Position numbers and translations under genes: made by a program. Positions 14,657 to 23,910 of a DNA stretch of 64,000 bases are shown here, one piece after another. The notes under the pieces are model-generated. The model searched no databases. It worked only from the letters and a program-made list of their open reading frames with translations, and had not been told where the DNA came from. Position 1 is the stretch's first letter. Every line of letters begins with the position of its first letter. The stretch is from Escherichia phage vB_EcoM-Ro121c4YLVW: the sequence record NC_052654.1; one strand, written 5' to 3'.

Positions 14657-15593
14657 AAAATGGACTAAACTGAAAATTGATGCAAAACCTCACAGTGGTT
14701 GTGATTATCATCGTATTGTTATACCATTTAACAACAATAATTTTCAGCCTAAGAAAGATGTTGTCGTGTTTAACCGTATTCATTCTAAAGGTGCAGAATA
14801 CGTTTTATCTTTGAAACGTCAAGGTGTTAAGATTGTTGTAGATTTAGATGATTTCTACCAACTTAATCCAGAACATTATTTAGCAAGTCTATACGAGTCA
14901 AACACTCATGCTATTGTAGCTATGGTTAAGCTTGCTGATGTGGTTATTGTGACTACGGAATATTTAGCATATAAGATCCGTCACTTAAATAGGAATGTTG
15001 TTGTGATCCGAAATGCACTTCCTTTTGATAGCGGACAATTCACTTTGTCAAATGATCGTTCATCCGGTACCCCTGTTGTATGGGCTGGCGGTGCTAGTCA
15101 CGAACCAGACTTACGACTAGTCTCTAATACTTTCGATGATGAACTTCTTACTATTGCGGGATATGAAGCATCACAAAGCATCACGGGACAAGAGTGGATT
15201 AAGATTCGCAGAAATTTACCAAATGCCAAATATAAAGCCGCCGTAAAAGATTTAGATAATTACATGAGTGTTTACGAAAGTCATGCTATTGCTATAGCTC
15301 CTTTGGTAGATAATGATTTTAATAATTGTAAAAGTAATCTCAAAATCCTGGAAGCTGGAGCAAAAGGTATTCCGATTGTTTGTTCTAAGGTATTACCTTA
15401 TTTTAACCCTGTAGATGCTCGCGCTGTTGCTTACGCAGAGAATAAAGCAGAATGGCATTACGAAATTGTTAAGCTTCTTCGCAATCCAAACTATCGGGAA
15501 GATCGTGGCTTGTTCTTGGCTGAACATGTTCGAACACATTATAATCTGGCAGATGCAAACGAGTTGCGACGCCAGGTTATTGAAAGTTTGTAG
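14646..15593 (+). CDS. GT-B-type glycosyltransferase, paralog 1
   Basis: Start re-set to the ATG at 14646 (RBS gaggagg). Shares CDYHRIVIPF, VVWAGGASH and SNLKILEAGAKGIPIVCS with the next gene. Confidence 0.6.
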   Translation: MSNKKWTKLKIDAKPHSGCDYHRIVIPFNNNNFQPKKDVVVFNRIHSKGAEYVLSLKRQGVKIVVDLDDFYQLNPEHYLASLYESNTHAIVAMVKLADVVIVTTEYLAYKIRHLNRNVVVIRNALPFDSGQFTLSNDRSSGTPVVWAGGASHEPDLRLVSNTFDDELLTIAGYEASQSITGQEWIKIRRNLPNAKYKAAVKDLDNYMSVYESHAIAIAPLVDNDFNNCKSNLKILEAGAKGIPIVCSKVLPYFNPVDARAVAYAENKAEWHYEIVKLLRNPNYREDRGLFLAEHVRTHYNLADANELRRQVIESL

Positions 15594-15600
15594 GTGAAGT

Positions 15601-16545
15601 ATGGGACAAATAATTCTTGACAATCGTAACGGAATCAATTATAGTGTCTGCGATTTCCATAGGGTAGTGCTGCCTTACTCAAGGCAGTTCTCTTCACAAC
15701 CTAAACACAACGTTTTCGTTTTTAACGGAGTGCCAACAAAAGGTAAAGAGGGCTTTTTAGCCCTTAAAAACCTGGGCTTTAAAATGGTTATGGATTTGGA
15801 TGACTCTTTAGTTATTCCAAAAGGACACATGTTAGAAGGTATTTTTGAATCAGGTATTCGTGAACATTTAAAATGGTTTTTAGAGCACAGTGATCTTGTT
15901 ACAACTACGACACCTGCCTTGCAAGTTGAACTTTCACAATACAATGATAATGTGCACATAATCCCTAATGGACTTCCTTATGATGAAGGTCAATTTGTGT
16001 TGACCCGTGATCGCTACTCCAAAACTCCATTAGTCTGGGCTGGAAGTGAAACACATAAACAAGATTTGGCTATCTTGCCCGATTTTGGTAAAGATCTTAC
16101 AATATGTGGTTTTCGTAGGGATTCTGAAGTTTTAAGTAGTCGTGAATGGTCTGTAATTAGAGAAAATGTAGCACCAACTAGTGTTTATGAAGGTGTAAGA
16201 CCATATGCCAACTACATGGAATCTTACGATGGTCATCAAATCAGTCTTGCACCATTGGTCGATAACGTGTTTAATAATGCAAAAAGCAATCTTAAAATTC
16301 TTGAGGCAGGTGCTAAGGGTTTACCTTTAATCTGCTCTCCTCGTGAGAATTATCATACGCAAGAGTTTAAAGATTTGTTATTCTTTGCTGAAACACTTTC
16401 CGAGTGGAAAGATATTACGGAATACTTATTAAGTGCTCCCGATGTTTGCATGGAGAAAGGATTAGCATTAGCTAAGTATGTCAGGACTCATTATCACATT
16501 GATGTGTTGAATGAGCGTCGTAGACTTTTATTTGAGGAGCTATAA
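15601..16545 (+). CDS. GT-B-type glycosyltransferase, paralog 2
   Basis: CDFHRVVLPY, LVWAGSETH and SNLKILEAGAKGLPLICS. It is a tandem paralog of 14646-15593. Confidence 0.6.
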   Translation: MGQIILDNRNGINYSVCDFHRVVLPYSRQFSSQPKHNVFVFNGVPTKGKEGFLALKNLGFKMVMDLDDSLVIPKGHMLEGIFESGIREHLKWFLEHSDLVTTTTPALQVELSQYNDNVHIIPNGLPYDEGQFVLTRDRYSKTPLVWAGSETHKQDLAILPDFGKDLTICGFRRDSEVLSSREWSVIRENVAPTSVYEGVRPYANYMESYDGHQISLAPLVDNVFNNAKSNLKILEAGAKGLPLICSPRENYHTQEFKDLLFFAETLSEWKDITEYLLSAPDVCMEKGLALAKYVRTHYHIDVLNERRRLLFEEL

Positions 16546-16823
16546 TGATTAACACTTTTGATTTTGAATACACCACTCGTAACGGGAAAGCCTTGGTTGT
16601 GGAGGTGGATTACTATTATGAAGAACCTAATCCACTTTCTCGTGAAAGCGATTGGGATTACCACGGAGGGCTTTTAATTGACGGTATTCGTTTTTATGAA
16701 GGATCTACAGAAGTTTTTGAAAAAGATTTAAATGTAACTGTAGCAGAAATTGCTTTCCAATTTAGAAAGCACATGGAAGAACTAGAAGCAGAATATATGA
16801 TGGAGACTAACGAACCATTTTAA
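16545..16823 (+). CDS. Hypothetical protein
   Basis: TAATG coupling to the upstream gene. 92 aa. Confidence 0.5.
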   Translation: MINTFDFEYTTRNGKALVVEVDYYYEEPNPLSRESDWDYHGGLLIDGIRFYEGSTEVFEKDLNVTVAEIAFQFRKHMEELEAEYMMETNEPF

Positions 16824-16835
16824 CAGGAGAACAAA

Positions 16836-18614
16836 GTGTCGCACATTATAACTAAATATGGATTTGATGTTGATCTTAGCAAGGAAGGGCATACAGGTTG
16901 TCCGCGCTGCATGAAAAATGGCAAGGATCGCTCTCGTAATAACCTGATGGTTTATGGATTAGATTCTAATGGAGAGCATAAAGGTGCTAAGTGCTTTGCG
17001 TGTGAATACACTATTCCTAGCGTAGAATGGTTACGAGAAAATGGTGAAGTTTTAGAAGAAGAGGAGGAGATTGTGGGTTCGGAATTTAATAAACAGATTC
17101 ATCGTAAAATTGTTCAAGAAACATCAACCAACCCACGTGGTTATCGAGGCATTAAAGAAAAAGTTTCATCTTTCTATGGTGTTCGTTATGAATACCGTCA
17201 GGAAGGGGATCAGATGGTAGTAGAAAGTTGTTTATATCCGACTACCATCGGTAAAGAATTGGTTGGTTTTAAGCGTCGTATTCATCCTAAAGATTTCAGT
17301 AAACCTATTGGTCAAGTAGGTAAAGATGTAGATCTTTTTGGACAAATTCGTTTTGCAGACCGTTCTCATACTGTGGTAATTACAGGTGGTGAACACGATG
17401 CTCTGGCAGCTTATCAAATGCTGTCTGAAAACTTGGACAACAAATATGAACTTCCAGCAGTAGTTAGTGGCACAACTGGTGAAACCAGTATGTATAAACA
17501 AGTTCAGGCACAATATCCTTTCTTTGAAAAATTTAAGAAGATTATTGTTTGCATGGATAATGACAAAGCAGGTAATGAGGCATTTGAAAATATTGTTAAG
17601 GTGCTACCTCGTAACAAAGTCTACCGTATGCAGATGGATCTTAAGGATGCCAATCAGTATCTGGAAGAAGGTCGTGCAAAGGATTTCGTAAAGGCTTTTT
17701 GGAGTGCTCGTCTATACACCCCAGCAGGTGTTTATGCTTCTAATGTCTTGTATGAAGCTGCATTAGAATGCTTGGAATCCAAGATGATTACCTTGCCTCC
17801 TTTTATGCGTGTTGCTGCAAATATGCTGGGTGGTGGTTTAGTAGAGGAAGAGATTACAGTCATCCTAGCAAAGACCAGTATCGGTAAAACTTTGATGGTG
17901 AACGAGATCACCAAACATATTATTGTTGCGCACCCAGAACATACCCTAGGTATTCTGTCATTGGAAGCAACTTATAAGAAATATTCTCGTAACCTGTTGT
18001 CCTCGTTCCTGCATATTCCTCTACATAGGAAAACACCGGAAGAGAAATTTCAAATCTTGGAAGAGAATAAAGAAAAAATCCTAGATTTTTACGAAAGAGA
18101 AGATGGATCACCACGTTTTTATGTGTGTGATGATCGTGGAGCAGATGTGGAGTCTATCAAAGAAAAAGTTTTGGAGATGATCATCTATTTTGGAGTAACA
18201 ATTCTTGTTATCGACCCTTATTCTGATTTGCTTTCTGGTATGGATGTTCAAGCCCAAGAAGAGTTAGCAACATGGTTGAAGCGTATCATGAAAGAGTATG
18301 CTATAACTATTATCGTCATCTCACACGTTAAGAAATCGGCTAATGGTGGCAATGAACACTTAACAGAGGACGATGCAATGGGTAGTAGTTTCTTGGCTAA
18401 AGGTGCTGGTATTACCTTGGCTTTGGAACGAGATAAAGCCGCTGAAGACCCTGTAGAACGCAATACGACTCATTGCTTTATCCTAAAAAACCGTGAGTTC
18501 TCGGAGACTGGTCCGGCAGGGCAGTTTTACTATGACATTAGAACTGCAACTCTGCATGACAAAGAGCAGTATTTCAACAACCCTGCTAATTTGCCTACGG
18601 ATAGCAACTATTAA
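16836..18614 (+). CDS. Bifunctional DNA primase-helicase (T7 gp4-like)
   Basis: GTG start after caggagaa. Zn finger CPRC...CFAC, TOPRIM region VITGGEHDALAAYQ...CMDNDKAGNEA, Walker A AKTSIGKT, Walker B LVIDPYSD. Confidence 0.9.
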   Translation: MSHIITKYGFDVDLSKEGHTGCPRCMKNGKDRSRNNLMVYGLDSNGEHKGAKCFACEYTIPSVEWLRENGEVLEEEEEIVGSEFNKQIHRKIVQETSTNPRGYRGIKEKVSSFYGVRYEYRQEGDQMVVESCLYPTTIGKELVGFKRRIHPKDFSKPIGQVGKDVDLFGQIRFADRSHTVVITGGEHDALAAYQMLSENLDNKYELPAVVSGTTGETSMYKQVQAQYPFFEKFKKIIVCMDNDKAGNEAFENIVKVLPRNKVYRMQMDLKDANQYLEEGRAKDFVKAFWSARLYTPAGVYASNVLYEAALECLESKMITLPPFMRVAANMLGGGLVEEEITVILAKTSIGKTLMVNEITKHIIVAHPEHTLGILSLEATYKKYSRNLLSSFLHIPLHRKTPEEKFQILEENKEKILDFYEREDGSPRFYVCDDRGADVESIKEKVLEMIIYFGVTILVIDPYSDLLSGMDVQAQEELATWLKRIMKEYAITIIVISHVKKSANGGNEHLTEDDAMGSSFLAKGAGITLALERDKAAEDPVERNTTHCFILKNREFSETGPAGQFYYDIRTATLHDKEQYFNNPANLPTDSNY

Positions 18615-18631
18615 GGGCTTCGGCCCTTTTA
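18614..18631 (+). terminator. Rho-independent terminator
   Basis: AGGGC-ttcg-GCCCT followed by tttatt. Confidence 0.75.
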
Positions 18632-18644
18632 TTAAAAATACCTG

Positions 18645-18673
18645 TTGACAACTTTGCGGAAGGGACTTATACT
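18645..18673 (+). promoter_or_regulatory. Near-consensus sigma70 promoter
   Basis: TTGACA (18645-18650), 17 nt spacer, TATACT (18668-18673). Confidence 0.65.
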
Positions 18674-18706
18674 TGTCTCATCAACCAAACAAGAGGAGAA
18701 GTAAAA

Positions 18707-19138
18707 ATGCGTATGACAATCGATTTGAATGCAAAAGTTAAAGCTGCTGGTGCTCTGGGTGCTGGTGTTATTAAACACAAACAAGCGTTGGCATTTGCCA
18801 TCCCACATATGATTGTTGAGGATCATCCTGAAGAGTTTGCTGTAAAAGTTGTTGAGAACAATGTTTCTGTTATTGAACATATCCCAACTGGACGTTCTTA
18901 CCGTGTTGTTTCTTCTAAAGGTTTCCGTTTCGATGTAAGCCCTTCTTTCACAAAAGGTGCTGGTCGTAGTAAAGTGGGTATTCTTTCTTACAAATATTAT
19001 ATCGATAAAGTTGCAGATGGTGTTGCATTCTGTCGTGTAAGTGAAGGTAAAGTAGATATCATCTTTAAAAATACTAAAAACATGGTTATTTCTGATGATG
19101 GTAAAGTTGACCTCACTATTGAGTTCGCTAACAACTAA
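18707..19138 (+). CDS. Hypothetical protein with its own strong expression signals
   Basis: It has its own near-consensus promoter, the RBS aagaggag, and a codon choice rich in cgt/ggt/gct. No family motif recognised. Confidence 0.7.
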   Translation: MRMTIDLNAKVKAAGALGAGVIKHKQALAFAIPHMIVEDHPEEFAVKVVENNVSVIEHIPTGRSYRVVSSKGFRFDVSPSFTKGAGRSKVGILSYKYYIDKVADGVAFCRVSEGKVDIIFKNTKNMVISDDGKVDLTIEFANN

Positions 19139-19147
19139 GGAGGACTA

Positions 19148-19942
19148 TTGAGCAAGTTGAACACACTTGATCAATATTACACTAACCCCGCTTATGCGGG
19201 GTTCTTATGTGATAAGATCAAAGAAATTTTTGGAGAGGAAGCTAACTACGTAGAACCATCTGCGGGAGAAGGAGCTTTCTCTTCTTGTTTTAAAAACATA
19301 ACTTCTTTTGATATTGACCCTAAGTTTGAAGATTGTATTGAGGCAGATTTTTTAGCTCAATCTGTTGAGTCTGTTGGTAGCGTAACTGCTTTTGTCGGTA
19401 ATCCTCCATTTGGAAAAAATGCTAGTCTTGCCATTAAATTCTTTAACCATTGTGCTGAAATGCTGGATAACGAAGGTGGTATTTGTTTTATCTTGCCTCG
19501 CACATTTCAAAAAATCTTTTTTGCACACAAACTAAATCCCCATATGCATCTTCTTTACGAAGAAGAATGTCCAAAAGGATCTTTTATTCTTCATGGAGAA
19601 CCTTGGGATGTTCCTTGTGTATTCCAGGTATGGATTAAACGCAACGAGAAGCGTTCTCCCGTTGTTTTAGGAGAGAATCGACTATTCGTATTAGGTAACA
19701 GTAAAGACTACGATATAGCTGTTAGGAGAGCGGGAGCAAGTGCAGGTAGAGTGTTATCAGAAGAAGATTCTTTATCTGAAGCATCTACCTATTTTTTAAA
19801 AGCCTTGACTTCTGATCTTAAAACGCGTATCATTGAGGCTTACCCGTTACTTAAAGCTGAAGCTAGTAAAACTGCGGGAGTAAGAAGTTTAAGTTTAAAA
19901 GAACTTCAGTGGGTTCTGGAGAACATTAGAAAGGAGGAATAG
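19148..19942 (+). CDS. DNA N6-adenine methyltransferase
   Basis: TTG start after aaggagg. Motif I VEPSAGEGAF and motif IV GNPPFGKN (NPPF). Confidence 0.8.
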   Translation: MSKLNTLDQYYTNPAYAGFLCDKIKEIFGEEANYVEPSAGEGAFSSCFKNITSFDIDPKFEDCIEADFLAQSVESVGSVTAFVGNPPFGKNASLAIKFFNHCAEMLDNEGGICFILPRTFQKIFFAHKLNPHMHLLYEEECPKGSFILHGEPWDVPCVFQVWIKRNEKRSPVVLGENRLFVLGNSKDYDIAVRRAGASAGRVLSEEDSLSEASTYFLKALTSDLKTRIIEAYPLLKAEASKTAGVRSLSLKELQWVLENIRKEE

Positions 19943-22900
19943 TGAGTAAGTTTACATGGGATATTGAAGCAAACGGATTGTTGAATAATGACACTATTGA
20001 TTATTTAGCTAGTCCTTATCGTCTCAAAGACACATTTCAAATGCACTGTATTGTCTTAGAGAACCATGAAACAGGAGAAATAGTAGCTTTCCACGATGGC
20101 CCTAAATACATCTTTGATGGGCGTCCTTATGAAGAGTCAGATGGTAAATACACATATGTTCTTAAAGAGTATGTGGCGCAAGATTACACACATTTTCAAC
20201 TAAAAGATTTCCCAGACTTTATTAATCATGAAGGTTATTTTAAAGATAAGCCTGAATATCTGGTTGAAATGGCTGTGGCTCACAACGGTATCAACTACGA
20301 CTGGTTGGCTACAAAACTGTTTTATGGATTAGATTACAGTGTTAAATATAATACGTGGGGCAAAAATAAGGTAAAACTTATTGACTCCTTGATTTTGAGT
20401 AAAGTGTTAAACCCAGATCGAAAGATTGAGGGCAAATCAGGACATAGCTTGGCAGCACTTTCTCGAAAAGCAGGTGGTGATGTAAAAATAGATTTCCGTA
20501 AAGAGATTCCAGAAGAAGATCGATTTAAGACTTTTGCTGCGGATATGCTTTATTACTGTATCTATGACAACAAAGCCAATACGAGCGTATATAATTACCT
20601 TATGGAAGAATGGGGCGATTATGATAAATGGGAAGGTCCATTTGAACTTGAACAACGTGTAGCAGACATTATTACACGCCAGGAACACCGTGGGTTTGCT
20701 TTTAACATGAAGCAAGCAGAAGAGAACCTTGCTTTTTTGGATGCAGAAATGGAGCGTCTTCGTTTACTCGTTGAGCCTATTTTGCCACCTAAACCAGCAA
20801 CAAAAGGTTATCTTAAGGCTTTTATTCCACCTAAGTTGCAAATTAAAAAGAACTTAGAGCCAACTAACCATATGATCAATTTTGCTAAGAAACATGATGG
20901 TCATTTGGAAGAGAGGGATGGCGATTGGTGGTTAGTTATGTTGGGGAAAGAGTGGAAACTGCCAGTTGCAGCAGATGAGCCTCTATGTGATCCTAACATC
21001 CCTGCAACATTGAACGATACAACCCATATTAAAAACTGGCTCGTAGGATTAGGTTGGGTACCGTCTGAATATAAAGATAAAGACTTGACGCTTAAATCTG
21101 GCACCAAAATTAAAAAGAGCGAGGAAGAACTTCAGAAAGGTATTAGAGCTTACGTTGAGCAAACTCTATCTTCTAATTTTTGTCAGGATCGTTGTGATCA
21201 TCTGGAGTGCACACCGGAAACTTTGGAAAGGAAGATTCAAGAGCGTATAGCAAAAGGTAAAGGTCGCGGTCTTAAAGTATTGACTAACCCATGTTTTACC
21301 AAAGGTCAGGAAAAAGAAATTTGTCCTAACCTGCAAGCTTTGGGTGAGAAATTTCCTTATGCTACACAGATTGTAGAATACTTAACGTATAAGCATCGTA
21401 GGAACTCTATTTTAGGTGGCGGTGCTGATTGGGAAGAAGATGAAGAAGATCAAGAATACGATAAAGGTTTCTTAGCCGCAGTAAGGGCGGATGGGCGTAT
21501 TCCTACACCAGCCGCTACATGTGATGCTGCAACCTCTCGTATGAAACATAGATCTGTAGCTAATATTCCTCGTGTCACATCTTTGTTTGGATGGGAGATG
21601 CGTAACTTGTTTGGTGTAGAAGTTCCTAAATACTTCCAGATCGGTTATGACTTCGACTCTTTGGAAGCAAAGATTGAGTCGCATTACTGTGTGCCGATGG
21701 ATGCTCAAGCTTTGACTCGTAAAGGTTGGGTAGGATATCACGACCTGAAGGAAGGGGATGAGATTTTAGGGTACAATGCTGAAACAGGTATGAAAGAATG
21801 GACTAAAGTAAAAGGTAAGGTCTTCTATAAAAATAGTAAGACGTTTGAGATTAAAGGGAAATCACACACTTACCGTGCAACAGCAGATCACCGTTGGTAT
21901 GTTAATACCCGTAGTAAAGGGAATACTTATGTGCCTAAAGTCAGAACAACTGCCGAGCTTTGCACAGGAGATAATATTATTTGTAATGCTCCATTTAACA
22001 TGGAACAAGATCAGGTAAATAGTTTAACTTCTGTTCAACAAGGTAAATGGGATGTTCCGTGGGTAGAGCGTGTAGTTAATATGTCTCATGCCGAGCGTGT
22101 AGCTTTCTTGGAAGGTTTCTTGATTGCAGATGGTTACTGGCATGAACATAAACAAAAACCTGTTTGGCGTTGGGCGCAGAACCCAGGTGAACTTTTTGAA
22201 GCAGCTTTAACTGCCTCGTACCTGGTGCATGGAGGCAATATCTCTGTAGCTTTCAATACAAAAGAGCAGAAAGTAAAAGTGGCAACATTGACTAACCGCT
22301 CTCACATTCCTGTTCAAAGTTTGACTATTGAAGAGTGGGGTGTAGAGGATGTTTGGTGTCCACAAACAGAACTTGGTACGTGGGTCATGCGTCAGAAAGA
22401 CTGCATTACCATCACAGGAAACTGTTGGCGCTACGAACCGGAGCCTCATGAATACTGTAACGCTCTCTTGTTAGAGAAGCCTAACGATGTTCATACCATG
22501 ATGGCAAAACGTATTACAGATACTATTGGGCGTAAATTTGAACGTAGTCCGGCGAAATCTGTTAAATACGGGATCACTTATGGTGCACAAGCAGACAAGG
22601 TTGCTAAAACAATTGGTAGCGATAAATACACAGGGCAACTGGTGTTCGATGCTTTCTGGGAAGCTGCATTCCCACTGGCGCGTCTTAAAGAACGTTTAAA
22701 CGATTTCTGGGTTAAGACTGGTAAACAGTATGTTTTGGGTATTGACGGTCGTAAGGTTCCTACTCGTTCTGCTCACGCGATTCTTAACTCTCTGTTCCAA
22801 AGTGGTGGGGTTATCTGTGCTAAACGTGCAATGGTTATTTATGACGACATGATCGAAGAAGAAGGGCTAAGTGTTGACTTCTTTAAAGATGACTGGAAGA

Positions 22901-23274
22901 ATAAAGACTTCGTGCAACAAATGATTGCATATCACGATGAAGCCCAGCTTGAAGTTTCTCGTAACCTTGTAGAATTTAAATGGTTTTCACCTGAATCATT
23001 AGGTTGGAAGAAAGTAGACGATCCTGAAGAACAAAAGAAAATTGATAAAGAATGCCTTGCTAAAGTTGAAGAATGGAAACATAATAAGGAAAAAGAGACA
23101 GGGCAAATTTGGGCTAACATTCATGAATCTCCCAAAGGTGGATGGTTTACAGCCTATAGTCGGGCAGGTGAACTTGCTGCTTTAGCTGTTACTAAGGCTG
23201 GAGAATTTTACAATCTTAATGTTCAGCTTACTGCCGGATATGATGTGGGTAACTCCTGGGCGTCCTGTCACTAG
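19942..23274 (+). CDS. Family A DNA polymerase with 3'-5' exonuclease domain, interrupted by an intein
   Basis: Exo I FTWDIEANGL, motif A GYDFDSLEAKIESHY, motif B RSPAKSVKYGITYGA, motif C AYHDEAQLEV. The extein junction HY|CWRYEPEPHEY is colinear with T7 DNAP LAHF-MARFDNGEY. Confidence 0.9.
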   Translation: MSKFTWDIEANGLLNNDTIDYLASPYRLKDTFQMHCIVLENHETGEIVAFHDGPKYIFDGRPYEESDGKYTYVLKEYVAQDYTHFQLKDFPDFINHEGYFKDKPEYLVEMAVAHNGINYDWLATKLFYGLDYSVKYNTWGKNKVKLIDSLILSKVLNPDRKIEGKSGHSLAALSRKAGGDVKIDFRKEIPEEDRFKTFAADMLYYCIYDNKANTSVYNYLMEEWGDYDKWEGPFELEQRVADIITRQEHRGFAFNMKQAEENLAFLDAEMERLRLLVEPILPPKPATKGYLKAFIPPKLQIKKNLEPTNHMINFAKKHDGHLEERDGDWWLVMLGKEWKLPVAADEPLCDPNIPATLNDTTHIKNWLVGLGWVPSEYKDKDLTLKSGTKIKKSEEELQKGIRAYVEQTLSSNFCQDRCDHLECTPETLERKIQERIAKGKGRGLKVLTNPCFTKGQEKEICPNLQALGEKFPYATQIVEYLTYKHRRNSILGGGADWEEDEEDQEYDKGFLAAVRADGRIPTPAATCDAATSRMKHRSVANIPRVTSLFGWEMRNLFGVEVPKYFQIGYDFDSLEAKIESHYCVPMDAQALTRKGWVGYHDLKEGDEILGYNAETGMKEWTKVKGKVFYKNSKTFEIKGKSHTYRATADHRWYVNTRSKGNTYVPKVRTTAELCTGDNIICNAPFNMEQDQVNSLTSVQQGKWDVPWVERVVNMSHAERVAFLEGFLIADGYWHEHKQKPVWRWAQNPGELFEAALTASYLVHGGNISVAFNTKEQKVKVATLTNRSHIPVQSLTIEEWGVEDVWCPQTELGTWVMRQKDCITITGNCWRYEPEPHEYCNALLLEKPNDVHTMMAKRITDTIGRKFERSPAKSVKYGITYGAQADKVAKTIGSDKYTGQLVFDAFWEAAFPLARLKERLNDFWVKTGKQYVLGIDGRKVPTRSAHAILNSLFQSGGVICAKRAMVIYDDMIEEEGLSVDFFKDDWKNKDFVQQMIAYHDEAQLEVSRNLVEFKWFSPESLGWKKVDDPEEQKKIDKECLAKVEEWKHNKEKETGQIWANIHESPKGGWFTAYSRAGELAALAVTKAGEFYNLNVQLTAGYDVGNSWASCH
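21688..22422 (+). mobile_element. Intein (245 aa) with a LAGLIDADG-type motif, inserted just after polymerase motif A
   Basis: It starts at Cys (CVPMDAQALTRKGW.., Hint block A). Block B is TADH, the endonuclease-like motif is FLEGFLIADGYW, and it ends ..DCITITGN followed by a +1 Cys. Removing it restores a contiguous motif A to motif B region. Confidence 0.85.
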
Positions 23275-23291
23275 TTAACTCATTGTTTTAT

Positions 23292-23310
23292 AAGGGGCTT
23301 CTGCCCCTTT
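23292..23310 (+). terminator. Rho-independent terminator after the polymerase gene
   Basis: AAGGGGC-ttct-GCCCCTT followed by t. Confidence 0.65.
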
Positions 23311-23322
23311 ATAGGAGGAGAT

Positions 23323-23514
23323 ATGCATTACGATTTAGATTGTCTTGGTATGCCTTATCTACCAGATGAATTTGAAGGTGAAGAAGAACGTGAATGGGAC
23401 GATGGGGATATCCGTTGTTGGTCTTGTGGTAAAGATATGTCCTATGAACAACATATGCACAATGATGGTTTCTGCATACATTGTTATAATGAAATTGATC
23501 TGGAGGAAGATTAA
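23323..23514 (+). CDS. Small acidic zinc-ribbon protein
   Basis: RBS aggaggag. Contains CWSCG...CIHC. Confidence 0.5.
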   Translation: MHYDLDCLGMPYLPDEFEGEEEREWDDGDIRCWSCGKDMSYEQHMHNDGFCIHCYNEIDLEED

Positions 23515-23681
23515 TGGGAAATGGTATCATGATTTGCTATAAAATTGTGCGTATTGTCGGAGACGAAGTTATCACTCGGTATTTTATGATAGAGTCTCAA
23601 GCCGATGAGGTTTACAATGACTGGCTTGAAAAAGGTGGATACGATTTTGTATCTAAAGAAACTTTCCGTTTAGAAGTATAA
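23514..23681 (+). CDS. Unlisted 55-aa ORF (below the track cutoff)
   Basis: TAATG coupling to the upstream stop. Hand translation: MGNGIMICYKIVRIVGDEVITRYFMIESQADEVYNDWLEKGGYDFVSKETFRLEV. It fills the gap up to the RBS of the next gene. Confidence 0.4.
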   Translation: MGNGIMICYKIVRIVGDEVITRYFMIESQADEVYNDWLEKGGYDFVSKETFRLEV

Positions 23682-23691
23682 GGAGAAAACA

Positions 23692-23910
23692 ATGCGTAAA
23701 TTAGTGAGCTTTAATGTTTCAATTCTTGTTGATGAACAAAATGAAGATGTTATTAAAGGTCTTGCAAATAAGATTGCAGGTGGAATGACGGAAGCTGAAG
23801 TGTGGGAAGAATGTGCTCGACTTTATGAGGAAGGTGTTATTGAGGTCTTGGGGGATGAGATTAATATGGACGATGTTGTAAAAGTAACTGTGGAGCGTAT
23901 CCATGACTAA
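23692..23910 (+). CDS. Hypothetical small acidic protein
   Basis: RBS aaggagaa. 72 aa. Confidence 0.5.
   Translation: MRKLVSFNVSILVDEQNEDVIKGLANKIAGGMTEAEVWEECARLYEEGVIEVLGDEINMDDVVKVTVERIHD

Noticed and set aside
23345-23542. 65-aa ORF in an alternative frame over the zinc-ribbon gene. Similar cases are at 9588-9812, 11606-11809, 15415-15597 and 17467-17691.
   Set aside because: These are out-of-frame overlaps with better-supported genes, and they have no independent translation signals.
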